A stretch of DNA of 64,000 bases from Spizellomyces punctatus DAOM BR117 (GCA_000182565.2 KQ257452.1), one strand, 5' to 3'. Positions 1-13,399 are shown, numbered from the stretch's first letter. Numbers and translations: made by a program. The notes: generated by a model not told the origin, from the sequence alone.

Positions 1-961
1 AGCATCCAAGGACGAGGTTTTAGATCATAGCCCCTTCACTGTCCGTTTAAATCCCACACAAGCAAACCGGTATGCGGCTGTGAACTAGTTCAATTTTGAA
101 GTTTTTCTGGATGTTTCTCACCGGATCTTCTATTGCAGCTATCTTATGATTTACAGGTATGGCCCTGCTGCTCACCGGGCCGTGAACGGAACTCGCCCTC
201 CGTTGACCATTGATAATTGTACTGATTCATGCTCGGATGTGCCCTCTTCAATCGGGACCTCCAGCTTGAACATAGGCGGCGTGCGTCGATGGTTGAAACT
301 CACCAATCAAGAACGAGAGACGCCTACGGAAAGCGGCAGAGCAAGTGAAACACGCGACACTGATGAGCATGTGAAAGGCAAGACGGGAGCCAGCAAAGAA
401 GCTTCAGCCCCGTGGTGGACAACAAGCGCTTTAGCTTCGCGGTTGTTGGATCCACAGGTTCCAGGTAGCGAACTGAAAGAGTACAAACGGTGGGTATTCT
501 CCCAGCGATTGTCGTGGACAGTGTGGTGGCTGATATCTCACGTTCTCCAGCTACATTCACCAATTCAAACCCTCAACCACCCTTCTAACACCCACTGTCG
601 AACAGGATGTGAGAACACAATCTTCTCATCCTGATTATTCCATATTTGCGGAGTATGTTGGTCGAAGGCTTGGGGAACAATTAGATGGCACATCCCCGGC
701 GGATCATTTCGAGGTCGACTCTCGCGACGAAGCTTTGTATACTACATATGTTGAAAAGTCGGGGAAGACGAGCCACTACGTTGGTTCCGGTGTACAGAAA
801 ACGGATCTGCCCAGATACGAGGTGAGATGAACGGCCACTGTGTATATCTTGATTTGTTTGATGATGCATATTAACCAGCACTATGGCAGGCATATGCAAA
901 ATGGTTGTCTACAGGAAAGTTTGTGTCCTCGCGATCCAAACCGGTCAAAGGAATGGCGTGA
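1..961 (+). CDS. 3' part of a spliced gene, probably FIG4/SAC3-type polyphosphoinositide phosphatase (partial, runs off window start)
   Basis: Exons joined at GT-AG introns read ...DHSPFTVRLNP...LLDPQVPGSELKEYKR-YIHQFK...AYAKWLSTGKF...GMA* (TGA 959-961). SPFTVR and the 'E-KEY-RYI' segment resemble the FIG4 C-terminal region; the catalytic domain is not in the window. Confidence 0.45.
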
Positions 962-1278
962 GCAATACCTAGTCATTTATGTACTTTTTTTATATTTATT
1001 GAGAGCATCGTTTGCATCGTTTTGTCTCTTGGCGGACAGCAACCCAAAAGCCACGTGATATACATCCTAAAATTTATCAATGCGCAGCTTCAACATTTTT
1101 TTAATCTGCGGCACGTTTCCATGATCGAATTTACCATAAACTCTTAACTTTTGTACAGCCAATTATGTAGCAAGTTGCACAGCTGCAAGGCTGTGCTTTT
1201 TATTTTCTGTTATTGCTGGAGGTTGATTTCTCCACACACAAGGACTCTGCCTTTACCATAACACACACTCCCGCTACA

Positions 1279-1956
1279 ATGAGCGAAAAGAGTAATCCTC
1301 CTCCTCCCGTTCAGACCACAGACCCGTCTCCCCCCGCATACGATGGCCATCCCCAAATCCCTATCGCCGCGCCTTTACAACCTCTGCCACAGACCACCGG
1401 AGCCGCTGTTCCAGCCGCGCAGCCTGTTCCATTCATGCACTCTGTTCCACCTATCAACGGAGCGTCTCATGGCACTCCTCCATTGATGTATCCTCCGCAA
1501 CCACCCCAAGTCGCCGTTCCCGGTCAACAGGTACCTGTGATGCTACCAAACCAGCCTATGTACGTCGCCCAACCCCAACCCGGCGTCCAGTACGCCATGT
1601 ACCCGGCAACCGTGGCACCAAGTGTATCAATCGCTGTGCAGCAGGGCCTTCATTTTGACGAGAGCAAGCCGCAAATCATGGTTTGCACAAGATGTCAAGA
1701 AAATGTCACAACAAGGGTTGCTATGGAGGCTGGTCCTTTTACATGGTTAATGGCCGGTCTCATTTGCGTTATTTGCTGCCCTTGTGCATGGATCCCGTTT
1801 GCGTCTGATACCTTTCAGGTGAGGAAAAAAAGCATCTTTTGTTGGTTAACTACATATCGGATTCTCACGATACATTTTCTGTCGTCTATAAAACAGGACA
1901 AGCATCATTACTGCCCGAAATGCAACAGCTCCTTGGCAGTCTTCAAAAAGATGTAA
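1279..1956 (+). CDS. LITAF-domain zinc-ribbon membrane-associated protein
   Basis: Pro/Gln-rich N-terminus with PPAY motif, then CTRC...hydrophobic Cys-rich segment...HYCPKC. Intron 1819-1896 (GTGAGG...AAACAG). Confidence 0.85.
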   Translation: MSEKSNPPPPVQTTDPSPPAYDGHPQIPIAAPLQPLPQTTGAAVPAAQPVPFMHSVPPINGASHGTPPLMYPPQPPQVAVPGQQVPVMLPNQPMYVAQPQPGVQYAMYPATVAPSVSIAVQQGLHFDESKPQIMVCTRCQENVTTRVAMEAGPFTWLMAGLICVICCPCAWIPFASDTFQVRKKSIFCWLTTYRILTIHFLSSIKQDKHHYCPKCNSSLAVFKKM

Positions 1957-2080
1957 ATTACGTTTGGTTGAAGGACTTTTGACAAGTCAACGTGGATAGA
2001 TATACTTTTATTAATCATGTATTGCATACATAATAGCCTCATGGATCAGGCCTCTATGATCTGGACTATTTTGTCTTTCT

Positions 2081-3516
2081 TCATTCTTTCCTTATTCGCT
2101 CTTCAGCTGTGAAAGCAATCTTCTCCACTCTACAGCGAGTATCTATTCTAACTGTACCTGTACGTAGTAATTCACACACGATTGCGCTGTCCATCCTTGT
2201 CATCCACATAAGATCTATAGTACATTTCTTATCCACTGGGCGACCTTTCGCCCCATTATATCCGAATATCCGAGAACAAACGCATGGGGGAGATCGTCTC
2301 GACATAGATAAATTTCAGCTGACGTACGAACAATTAGCCAAAGTAGCACATCTGCCATCCAATCTACTTTCTCACTCACCCTTTGGAAACTTGGCAGACA
2401 TTTGTTCCCAATGCCAGACCGGGCACCACTCGTCCCTCGTTCCATAATAAAACACAAACTTTTCGATATATTTCTCTACCGTCTCCTCATCGAGGTCCTT
2501 AATCTCTCTCATCTCATGTGATGCCAGATATAGCGTGTTGAGAACAGTGCGATAATGCAAGAGTTTGCCACACGTTATTGAGAGATCAGTTCCAGTTTGT
2601 CCCGAAAATGTCGAGATGAGACGTGGGAACAGTTTTGGAGTAAAGTACGTCAGAGTTCGGAGGAAGGAGACGAACAGAGGAGGGATGGAGCGGACGACGG
2701 GGAGAGTAAGGTACTGAATCATGGTCAGATCGGTAGTCGTTTTTGGGTATTCCCTAAACACCATAAACTTACTGATATGCGCCGCCCCTTCGGAGTGGCA
2801 GCGATGGAATGTAAAGTTGGAAACAGGGCAAAGATTTTGACAATATTCGCATAGGGCCGCGCCTTGAGCATCTACTTTGATACAAACCGTCCATCAGCAA
2901 AAAACCTTGAAATCCTATGGAAGGCTATCACATCTACCGCACCTGAACAGACACCCACGCCCCAAAACTGTGACCCATGAGCACAATCTTCATGTCTTTT
3001 CCATATTTTTTCGTGATAAGATCCAACAAGGCAATCTTGTGATTCACTTGATCTTTGACTGAAAAGTTTCGGTCGTGATCTACTGCTGAAGAATGACCTA
3101 GGTGTTGAACTGCCCGCAGGGTTTATTAGTCCATTCACTTCTTATCAAAGTCTAGCTGCAGAATCCCACTCACCTCCGATAATGTCAACCATCTCATTGC
3201 AGCATTCATACACCACTTGCAGGAAGGTCTCGTAGTAGTCAATCACACCTGGGTTTCCTGTATATTGCAAACGTTATAAAGTTTGAAATACAAAAGGCCG
3301 ACACCTTTTTTACTCACCAGGTACCATGACCAATACAAGCCGTGGGATCTTAATCCCTTGTGCGCGAAACAGCAGTACTTCAGTCTCTTCTTCCCCCACA
3401 TTCCAAAACTCGTATTCACCCGCCGTGCGAGCTCGGGATAACGAGGACAATGAGGTAGTGGTTTTGGTCGTGGGAAACACAGCTGACGCGGCTGAATGTT
3501 CGCGTATGTCTGTCAT
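2081..3516 (-). CDS. Lipid droplet-associated alpha/beta hydrolase (LDAH/YPR147C-like), multi-exon
   Basis: Spliced exons give VMVPGNPGVIDYY, nucleophile motif MGHSFGAW, LFPTLHSIAATP and FYYGTRDEWCP, typical of the LDAH family. Confidence 0.8.
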
Positions 3517-3625
3517 TTGATTTCGACGACCACAATGAGTTCGAGGAACAAAGAGGTTCGTGTGCCACAGCGCACGGATGACGTCCAAAAACTCTCTCCA
3601 AAAAACGTACAGTCACCTCGGGGAG

Positions 3626-3699
3626 TGCTCCCTATAGGGGTCGAACCTATGACCTTGGCGTTATTAGCACCACGCTCTAACCAACTGAGCTAAGAGAGC
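3626..3699 (-). tRNA. tRNA-Ile (anticodon AAT)
   Basis: Reverse complement GCTCTCTTAGCTCAGTTGGTTAGAGCGTGGTGCT-AAT-AACGCCAAGGTCATAGGTTCGACCCCTATAGGGAGCA folds as a cloverleaf. T5 Pol III terminator at 3601-3605. Confidence 0.95.
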
Positions 3700-4307
3700 T
3701 TTGATTTTCATCTCGTAGGCATTAAGATGCATCTATCAGAATATTACGATGGTCGGCTAGGGTTAATGTAGGCCATATTTTAACGCAAAAAACAACAGCG
3801 AGCCATCACATTGACACCGTCTCTGGCCAAGGATGAACTCGGTGCACGAGCATGCGCCCGAATGGCTACAAATTACCGCTTTCCGTATTCAAATCCAACT
3901 GGGGATAACATGAAATCTTTTGTAACCGAGGGACAATGAATACAGATGAGCAATTACCTGGCTTATTGTGGTTGACGGATAGTAGAAAATCATCTGGGTC
4001 AATCAGGTAATATGAAAGCTCGAAGTACCTTTTTTGCATGTCATTTCACCCTGTTCTCGTAGTTATCAAAAAGCTCACAAATGAACTGTCCAAGGAGCAA
4101 TTAGCAGCGGTAACTCCTTGTCCAGAACAATTTTAGGGATCAACGGCCATGCATACTGATGCCCAATCTTGGGTGACGCGAAACGTTGAAGTTCTCTCAT
4201 CAACCAGTCAGGGTTATCTTCACGCCACATTTGTATTAAACCCATCGCATACCAGCTACATATTTACAACCCTCGTGCCCATCACAAACAACCGCAGTTT
4301 CAAATCT

Positions 4308-6416
4308 TCAAACGCCCACCTTTCTTGACCGAGGAACAGCCTCTACACTACCACCAACCACCGGAACTTTATCTGTCTGCACAGGTACTTTGCGCTGAAC
4401 AGACCTGCGCTTGGACTCCACCATCCGATTTACCGCGTTGATATATGCCTTTGCAGATGCTACCAAAATATCTTCGTCCGTTCCTTGTCCCTGGAACGTC
4501 TCGCGATCTTGAAAGGACGCTGAGGACTCGTCCTCCAGACGTGGCGCTTTTGAAGGACGAACTGCATCCTCGTCCTCATCACTTGCCTCGTGAATTCGAA
4601 CTACCACTCTTCCCAGCGAGTCTGATCCTTCAGTTACGGCTTTGACTTCATAAGATGCCAGCATGTTTGTGCAACCGATCAGACGGTTGATGGCTGAGAA
4701 AATCGCATGTACTGGCCCATGCCCAATGGCCGCATCACAACGTTCCACGCCTTCAGGTGCGTCAGGTGTAGATGCCGCTACCGGGGAAGTTTCGCCATTC
4801 TCACCAATTGACCCATTTGAGTTCGTTTTTGTCATGGTTGTGTCAATAATTGTAACGGTTGCGGTGGACAAGACGCCAGATCCGGAGACTACTTGAATTG
4901 ACTTGAAATGGTAAGTTTCCCTTCCAGAGTCGTGCATGTTAAGCTGATCATCTAGGAGAGCCAACAAATCCTGGTCTGTTACGCCGCGCTTTTTCGTATC
5001 CGCCAATTTCTTGAACGCGACGAAAAGCTTCTCAAAGACGGCAGGCTCACTCTTCAAGACATCCTCATACATGGAATTCTGAATCAGCTGTTCCAACCTG
5101 GTGCGGAATGCATTTCGTCCAGAGTGCTTGCCCAGCACCAGGGAATTGGAAGGAATGCCGACGACTCCGGGTTCAATAATCTCGTAAGTCGATTTGTTTT
5201 TCAGGACACCATCCTGGTGAATGCCAGATTCGTGCGCAAAAGCGTTGGCACCCACAATCGCTTTGTTACCCTGAATTACCATGCCCGTTTTCTTTGTGAC
5301 TAGCTGGGAAGTATTGTAAATTTGGTATGTATCGATGGTATGGAACACAGGATATGCGGTTGGATGGGTATAGATTGCCATAACGAGTTCTTCCAAGGAA
5401 GTGTTGCCTGGTATGATGAATATGGTAAATAAAAAATATTACAGGAGATATTTGCTGAATCCCAATTACATACCAGCACGCTCCCCAATACCATTGATAG
5501 TCACTTCCACTTGCCGTGCGCCGTTTGCCACGCCCGCCAACGTGTTGGCAGTCGCAAGACCAAGATCATTGTGGCAATGAGTAGACCATGTGACATTTTT
5601 TGCGCCTTCAACATTCTCCACTAGAAACTTTATCATTGCCCCATACTCCTCAGGTGTGTTGTATCCGACTGTGTCCGGAATATTGAGAGTGGTCGCGCCA
5701 GCTTTAATCACCTCGCCCAGGACTTGACACAAGAATTCACGATCCGAGCGACCAGCGTCTTCTGGAGAAAACTCTACATCCTTGCATCCCAAAGATTTGG
5801 CGTATTTTACTGCAGCGACGGCACGCGCAACGCACTCCTCGCGATTGATTTTAAGCTTGTATTGAAGGTGGATGTCGGAAGTGGCGAGGAAGGTATGAAT
5901 TCGGTGGGCAGGTGCGTGTTTGACAGCATCGTAAGCACGTTGGATATCAGCTGGAACCGCACGTGCAAGGCCACAGATAACCTTGATATTAGGATTAGCG
6001 TACAGTTTGCCATCCAGCCGGTAAGCCATTAACACAACCTACCATTGGCTTGTTACTATGTCTCCCCGCCGTCAAAGGCCCAACCTCTTTTGCTATACGC
6101 TCTACAGCCTCAAAATCACCCTGTGAGGCAATTGGAAATCCGGCTTCGCAGACATCGACTCCCAAGCGTGACAGTTGTCTAGCAATCTCGACCTTTTCAT
6201 GTGCTGTCAAGGTCACACCGGGTGACTGGATAAGTGCGATCAGTACAAGGAAGAAGATGGAGTTGGCCAAAGTTGCAAAAGGTATAGAGCGACTGCGGCG
6301 TTATCTCCTACCAGATAAGACTGGAGGGGTCTGCAGGCGTTGCATAAACGTACCTGCTCACCGTCTCGCAGAGTAGTGTCAAAGATGATCAACTTTTCCT
6401 TTCCAGAGTTTGTCAT
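4308..6416 (-). CDS. leuA: 2-isopropylmalate synthase (bacterial/plant LeuA type), spliced
   Basis: [56 protein letters not shown] and a C-terminal regulatory domain (G.GPV.A...[10 protein letters not shown]). Confidence 0.95.
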
Positions 6417-6659
6417 TTTGAATGTGAATATATATTTAGAGTGTGGAAAACGACAGAGTCTATGCAGGGAGACGATCGGGAGGGATGCCGTTTGTAAATG
6501 CTGTGCGTTGGGAGGGATGAGTGTGTGGAGTTTTTATAGTCCCCGCAAAGGCGGAAAAGCAAATTGCTCGTCGCCAACGGTCCGTGGGTGCCACATCAGC
6601 GCTCTGATTGGCGGAAAGAATCTCAATGAAAAAGATCTGATAAGGGAAATGACACATTT

Positions 6660-6668
6660 ATGACTCAC
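6660..6668 (+). promoter_or_regulatory. Gcn4/CpcA-type (AP-1) site ATGACTCAC upstream of leuA
   Basis: TGACTCA at 6661-6667, ~245 bp upstream of the leuA ATG. Amino-acid biosynthesis genes are classic Gcn4 targets in fungi; function is inferred. Confidence 0.4.
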
Positions 6669-6906
6669 ACGAATTTGTCACGGCCTTTTGTTTATAATCA
6701 GTTTTAGCACACTTGCTTAAAGTATTTGCAAGGCTTTTCTAATTTTACTTACGGATTGTACAGGCAAGTTGATGGGTTAGAGTTCATCAGTACATGTGTA
6801 TGCAATGAGCAAGGGAAGGGACGGGCTTTGGTTTCTATCGCGTAAGAGTAATGTTATACAGTAACCACGCTCTTGCCAACAATTGTACGTTGGCAAAAAT
6901 TACAAA

Positions 6907-7305
6907 ATGCATGGAAATCCGTACGATACATACAATGTTTTTGGATTCAAAATTCCCCGTTACAAGGTGCGCAGTTGATGGAATGTGTGTGCTGCCGTCG
7001 TTTTCATTTTAGATACCCTCACACGAGCTGACACATCAAATGAAATTCTTCCTATCTCCTTATCTGATAATCATTCTGACCGTTTTTTTTGCGCTTAAAA
7101 GCTTGCCCTTTACACAGTTTTGGGCTACACAGGTATCATTGTCGGCTACCTTGAATACCGGAAGCACCGTCCCCCTCCACCGATTGAGATCCCAGACAAG
7201 GAAGAAGAGGAATTTGTGAAGCGTTATGTCGCGTGGCGTTTGGAAGAATTGAAAAAGCCAGAATTAGTTAGGAGGCCTTTCGACCCAAAAGCGGCGGGAC
7301 TTTGA
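6907..7305 (+). CDS. Small single-TM protein, likely mitochondrial ATP synthase subunit k (Atp19-like)
   Basis: Exon 6907-6966 plus exon 7102-7305 give 87 aa: ..YNVFGFKIPRYKLALYTVLG...PPPIEIPDKEEEEFVKRY. This matches the Atp19 pattern Y-x-I/V-FG...TM...PPI...EEEFIK. Confidence 0.6.
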
Positions 7306-7423
7306 TGGATGGCTGAATTGACACTCAGGCCATTGATTTCGACATTGTCACTGGATTTCACGCCAATATATATTACAGATCCGGCGAAAGAAAACAACCC
7401 CGAATGCCTAACGGTAGTCCGAT

Positions 7424-8633
7424 CTACACTTCATACTTTTTTGCTATCATGCCTTCAGGAGGCGTAGTTTCCACCGTCTTCTTTCCAACTTCTTCCCAGT
7501 TTGTGCTCAAGCATGTACCATTACTTTCAATGTAGCTCTTCATCATTGCACGCCGCACTTCCTCGCTCGAATCCCGGTAGATTTGCTGGAATAGCGCATT
7601 CAAAGCTTGTTCCCCTTCAGGCTTTTCTTGTTCAAGAGATTTGGCTACCGCATCCCAGTCGTGTTTCTGGACAGTGATATAGACTCAGTGAAAGTGTTCC
7701 TCGGCTGCACTTGGCGGCTAAAATGAGAAAATACCTTCTTAGCGGATGATGGATACGCAGGCCTATCCTGGGCATTCGCCCCTGCAACCGTCGTTACTGG
7801 ACCAATTTCCTCTCCTTCCAATGTGCCCCATCTCACACCCAGATCTTTCTTTTTGAGCTTGATTTCAATCTTTGTACTCAGAATGGAGTGCTTGCTTTCG
7901 CTTGGCACAATTTCATGAGCCAATGGATCCAGTTCCAACGAGTAGTCCCCACCGCTGGGAAGCTTTACGCTTAAGGAAAGTGCGCGCTCAACCAAGACAA
8001 GATTAACATCTTCTGATTTAGCATTTTTGACAAAAACTGTGAGGGTAACAAAGTTTTCGTTTTGAAACCATTCATGGCGAATTTTTGAAGGTGGTAGGAA
8101 CGAAGCAGGTTGCGGAATGCTAGCGGGAGTCGATGTAGACGCGACATTGGAGGAGGGAGCTGGAGCTGAGGTTGACACTGGCTTTGGGACTCCAAAGTAA
8201 CGGCCCTTAGCAAAAGCAAGGAAAACGAGCTACGCTGACAATAGTGCTTACCTACGGCACCCAATTTTTCACATTTCTCAATCCATCGTTTGACGCCATC
8301 TGCGTCCCCAGTCACCCTTCTCGCCTCCAGAAAAGCATCCAAAGCTTCCTGTGCATTGCCCAATTCCAATAAACCCATGCCTCTCCTTATGTGAGCTTTT
8401 CCCACAACTTTAGGATCCCCCCCGGCCAGCATGGCAGCTGCTTTTGCATCCTCCACAGCTTCACGAAATTGTTCCAGTTGATGGTAGCATGCCGCACGCT
8501 TAAGATATAGATCAGGAGTAGACGGAGAGGTTTCTATTGCGCGCGCATAGAGGGAAAGTGCTTCCTGGTAATCTTCATCGACAAATGCAGTGTTTGCGGC
8601 AGAGAGGATGGATGATGTGTCTTCAAGAGTCAT
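7424..8633 (-). CDS. SGT1: SGT1 co-chaperone (TPR + CS + SGS domains)
   Basis: TPR N-terminus, CS domain KIRHEWFQ...KIEIKLKK, PAYPSS, and SGS motif RRAMMKSYIESNGTCLSTNWEEVG...PPEGM. Confidence 0.93.
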
Positions 8634-9290
8634 TCTTGCTCAATATAAACTATATCCTCTTCGGAATAAGGAAATCAGGCGGCTCTCTGTTTTGTGTGTG
8701 CTAAAGTATTTTCAATAAATGTTTTAACAAAGGATCGTAATGAGTGCAATGGAAGAAGATGGAAAATCCTGCTGCATGCGAAAGGAGAGTCTGTCTGCTG
8801 GGAGCTTCGGTGACCGCGCCACGCACGTGTCTCTTCAAAACTTCGCGCGTCCGGGACGCGTAGGGAGCGCAGCAGTCGACGACCGGCCCCCTTGCTCCCT
8901 TTCCAACGTCTCCAGGCTACTCTGTATTGAAACTGTTATTCGACGGTCGCCAACGCCAGAGGAATTCACTCGTAAGACCTTTTCCGGATTGCCCAACGTC
9001 TTGTGTTGCACCTTGGTCTCTCGAAGCCTGCGGACGACTGTGAACAACTACCTGGCCCGTCCCGTGGAACAAGCGAAGACAGATCCGAGTTCAGAGTGCC
9101 GTACGAGTAAGCAAGCGTCCACTTTCTCTTAGCTGTGAGCTTGTTTTCTCGGGATAGACAATTAAGTCTTCGGTAGGTACTGCTGGTTTGTTCTGAATAT
9201 ACTTGCAAATTGTTCCATACGTGGTGTTTTAACGCTTTGAACGTGTAGCTCTTATAGGCAATTGCTAGCAACTGTCGAGACCAAGCTAGC

Positions 9291-11890
9291 ATGATTCGTG
9301 CGCACGACATGGCCTTCGAAGGTGGCGCTCAGTATCCTTCACTTTCGCACACTACGGTCGGGAGTTCTGGCGCAGGCGCAATCGCTACACCTGCTAATGG
9401 CTCTCTCTCGGATACACTTGCCGGAGGGCTTTCAACTCCTTTACCACCACTGTCAAGCTCACATGACTTTCTCCAGTCGTACTTTGGGAATAGCTCTTTG
9501 AATCAAATGAGTGGCAGTTCAGGTCCCCCACCGTTCTTACCGTTACAAATTCCTGCGTTATCCCGATTGACTGAAGGCAACTCGATTCTTGGCGTTTCAC
9601 CCCGTAACATATATAATCAACCCCCTTCACCAAAGAGATTACCAGAAGAAGAATCGGAAGAGGACGAGGGTCATGCAGATGGAGGGTCATCGACTACATC
9701 TACCCCGGCACCCGCTCTAAACGGCGAAGGGGAAATATACGCTGCCGTTTATTCCGGAATTCCAGTGTACGAGATGATGTGTAATTCTGTGGCCGTAATG
9801 AGGAGAAAGAGTGACGGGTTTCTGAACGCAACGCAGATCTTGAAAGTCGCGGGTGTGGATAAAGGGAAGCGGACTAAGATCTTGGATAAGGAAGTTATGA
9901 TTGGAGAGCACGAAAAGGTGCAAGGAGGATATGGAAAGTATCAGGGTACATGGTAAGTCGTGATCCTGTCGAGACATAAGGATGAGTGTTACGCGAGACT
10001 GTACATAACGCTTTCTGCCATTTCTCTAGGATTCCATTCGAACGAGGCGTGCAACTGGCTGCAATGTACGGAGTGGATGGATTTCTTCGGCCACTCCTGG
10101 AATTTGAGCTTCCGGCACCTGGCCGGGCAGATCAGACTCCTACCAAGGAGCAAGTAATGGCTGCTAACCGAGACCTGCTGAAGCGATCCAACTCTTCCAG
10201 CTTCAACAAAAGCAAAAGTCGTTCCCACGGAGATGATGGTACTGATACTGCTCAACGCAGGCGAAGAGCGGGGGCTCCAAGCACGAGGGCAAGCAAACGG
10301 TTGATGGAGATTGAAAGTTCGGATATCCATGATGACGAGTCTTCAGACAATCCTTTGGCCTCACCAGGTCCCCTTGGCAACTACGCTAAGAAGAGACCAA
10401 GAACTGACGCCTATGCCGAGAGTGTTATCGAAACTAATGCGGAAAAGTACCGTGCCATGTTAATGGCAATGTTCGTCCACGAAGATCCACTGTATATACC
10501 CGATATGTTGTCGGGCCCTACGCTACCGAATGACCTGGACCTGGATATTGTGATCGATGAGCAGTCCCACACATCATTACATTGGGCCGCCGCACTAGCG
10601 CGGATTAATGTTGTACGAGTACTCTTGCAAAAGGGTGCCGACATACGGAGTGTTAACAATGACGGGGAAACGGCGCTGATTAGAGCCGTTCGTGTGACAA
10701 ATAACTATGACAATCAGACATTTCCTGAGCTTCTCGACCTTTTGCATTCGACTCTCTCGCTAGTGGACGCTAAGAACCGCACCGTCCTGCATCACATCGC
10801 CGCCACCGCGGGTCTGGAGGGCCGTGTAGCGGCCAGCCGCTACTACTTGGAGTGTTTGTTGGAATGGGTTGCTCGCCACGGTGGTAACTTCTCATCCTTA
10901 GTGGACATACAGGACAGCGCTGGGGACACAGCGCTGAATGTTGCGGCCCGTATCGGGAACAGGAACTTGGTGGAACAATTAATCGATGTCGGTGCTGATG
11001 GTACCATTGAGAATCGTGCGGGCCTTAGGCCATCGGATTTCGGGTTTGAGGACGTCCTCGGGTCTAGCAGGGGAGACGGAGGAGTAGAAGGCACAGGCGA
11101 TACTGGAGAGGCCGAGAAGATTGAAGGAACCAGTCGAGTGGTGTTTCCTAGTATCAGAACCGAAGAGGAGGATGCCGCTCTAGCTCTAAGTGCTGTCGCG
11201 AGTGCAACAAAAGGAAGAGAGATTGCTTCGGGTAAGTCTGCTCAGTATCTTCCGCCATTGACATGTTCTAATGTGTAACCATGCATAGCGGTTCAACAAA
11301 TGGTTGACGAGATGTCATGCACCTTCTCTGCGGAGATGAAAGTCAAAGCAGATCAACTGACGGAAGCCCGAAATCAGCTGCGGCAGGTAACCAAAGAACT
11401 CGCCGATGTCCGAAAACAGAATCATATACTGCGCAAAGAAAACCAGATGCTGCCGGAAATGGTGCAACAGATCAAAAATTTGGAGCGGTGCCTCGGAGAA
11501 GAAATGGCAAAATGTAATACTGCCACTATTCATGATCAACGGAGTACAGATTCAACGCCTGGAGGAATGGTCACAGGAGGGATAACAGAAACCAAGCAAA
11601 CCCCACAGGACCCCAACGGAGAATTGGCTGCTCTACGCCGAACCCTTCAAGAAAAGGAGGCTCTAGAACGTTCACTGCGCAGCGAGATCATCCGGTTAAA
11701 ATCGACATCTGGCAAATCAGAACTGGGCTGCAAAAAAATTATTGCAGCATGTTGCAATGTTCCTGTCGAGAGTGTGGACGAGCTACTGAATCCCCTGTTA
11801 CAAGCTGTTGAGAGTGACAAGGAAGTGGATATGAGTGCTGTTGCCGGGTTTATGATGGATGTGAAGAGACGAGAGGGAGGACGTTGTTAA
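9291..11890 (+). CDS. SBF/MBF G1-S transcription factor (Swi4/Mbp1/Res family: KilA-N/APSES domain + ankyrin repeats + coiled coil)
   Basis: [13 protein letters not shown]...[20 protein letters not shown]...[17 protein letters not shown], ankyrin repeats ([23 protein letters not shown]) and C-terminal coiled coil. Two introns (~9953-10030, ~11232-11288). Confidence 0.92.
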
Positions 11891-12139
11891 TTTTGGATAG
11901 GTACTATTTATTGTGTGCGAAAAGCGGATTGTACAGTAGTATCCAGAGGTAGGATCAATTGAAACCCATTCTTGCGCTGCTAGGTTTCAGTTTAGGATAG
12001 GCGCCTTGCGTTGCACTGGCGATTCTTAATAAATGAATTGTAATTTATTGCTCAATTTGTTCCAATCCACCATCTATATAGCGCCGAACAATGTGTTCGG
12101 GAAGGAATGCATCGCCGGCTGCCGGAGTCCTACCTATAT

Positions 12140-13076
12140 TCAAGCCAGTTCCTTTGCTTTTTGCCAGTCGAGATTGTATTGAGCATCTTCTGGCATCTTG
12201 AATTCTTACAGCATAGATTGCGATCAAAGGATGCCAAGAACACTATAAGCAAGTTCAGTCTTACCTCGCAACGCTGTCAACAAGTCACTGACATTGTCCC
12301 GAACAACTATTAATTCTCTATTAGATGGCTTAATGAACCCGCTTTCGATACTCTTATCAATTAATGCTATCAGCGGGTCGTAGAATCCATTTGTGTTCAG
12401 GACACCAATTGGCTTGGAATGGATGTTGAGTTGAGCCCAGGTAATTGCTTCAAACAACTCTTCAAACGTGCCAAATCCGCCCGGAAGTGCAATGAAAGCA
12501 TTGCAATTTTCTTCCATCTTTTTCTTTCCTATATGGGCAAGTGTGACAGTCAGTATTTGTCCTCCTTTACACTACTCTAAGACGCAAATTCCAGCAACTG
12601 AACTTGTATGCATGTCCTAGGGAAGCCCCAAGTTAGAAGAGAGCCAAAGCCGCTGTGCGATGTGCTATTTGAGACACTTTACCGGTACGATGGTGACATC
12701 CCCCACGAGGAGCATCCCTTCGAACTGCGTCATGGCCTAGGACGCAACAAATAATAAGATTACAGATCCCTACCTAGCAATGCTAGTTTTGCTCATGAAT
12801 GCTACCTCTGGTATAATTCCCACTACATTTCCTCCTCCTTCGTGAACAGTCCTAGCGATTATTCCCATGAGACCCTTGTCGCCGCCTCCGTAGACCAGCG
12901 CGATTCCATTCTGCCGCATGGCATGGTTGAGCTGCAACGCTTACGGCAATTAAGGTTTGACATGAAAATACCTTGACTAAAGCTTCTCCAAGCTCTTGGG
13001 CGGCTTCTACATACTTTTGACTGTTGCCAGTGCTGCTGCCGCAGTAAACACAAATTGCGGTGATCTCCGTTGGCAT
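12140..13076 (-). CDS. LOG-family phosphoribohydrolase (cytokinin riboside 5'-monophosphate phosphoribohydrolase-like)
   Basis: ICVYCGSSTG, LVYGGG..GLMG, signature PGGFGTFEE, WAQLNIHSKP. Multi-exon; last exon EFKMPEDAQYNLDW...*. Confidence 0.9.
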
Positions 13077-13399
13077 TGTCGGAGTGGGGGGCTTGCTTGT
13101 CCATTAACCTTGCCCAACCAAATCCACGTCACCCAACCAGCTCTCCGGATCCAACCGCACTGTCGGTTAGATGGCTTAGGTGCTTACGTACAAATCAACT
13201 GTTCACGTGCGCTTTGGAAACACAACGTCCATTTCAGGCGCCGCTACTTTCGGCTTTGATGGAACCACCATTAGGACAAGGCATCTGTAAATTAACCGCT
13301 GGACCTCTTAATCCCTTTTACGGGCAACCATACGGTGTGCATTCATCCAAGTTTACCCTTGCTTGAGTGGCATTACCCCGTCGCGAAACACCGCTGTCA

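Noticed and set aside
1819-1896. Stop-free in-frame 78-nt segment in the LITAF ORF
   Set aside because: It has canonical splice sites and would disrupt the zinc ribbon if retained; treated as an ordinary intron.
6635-7070. Two ATCTGATAA (SreA-type GATA) motifs near leuA and in the Atp19-like intron
   Set aside because: About one or more such 9-mers are expected by chance in 64 kb, one is intronic, and there is no clear iron-uptake gene context.
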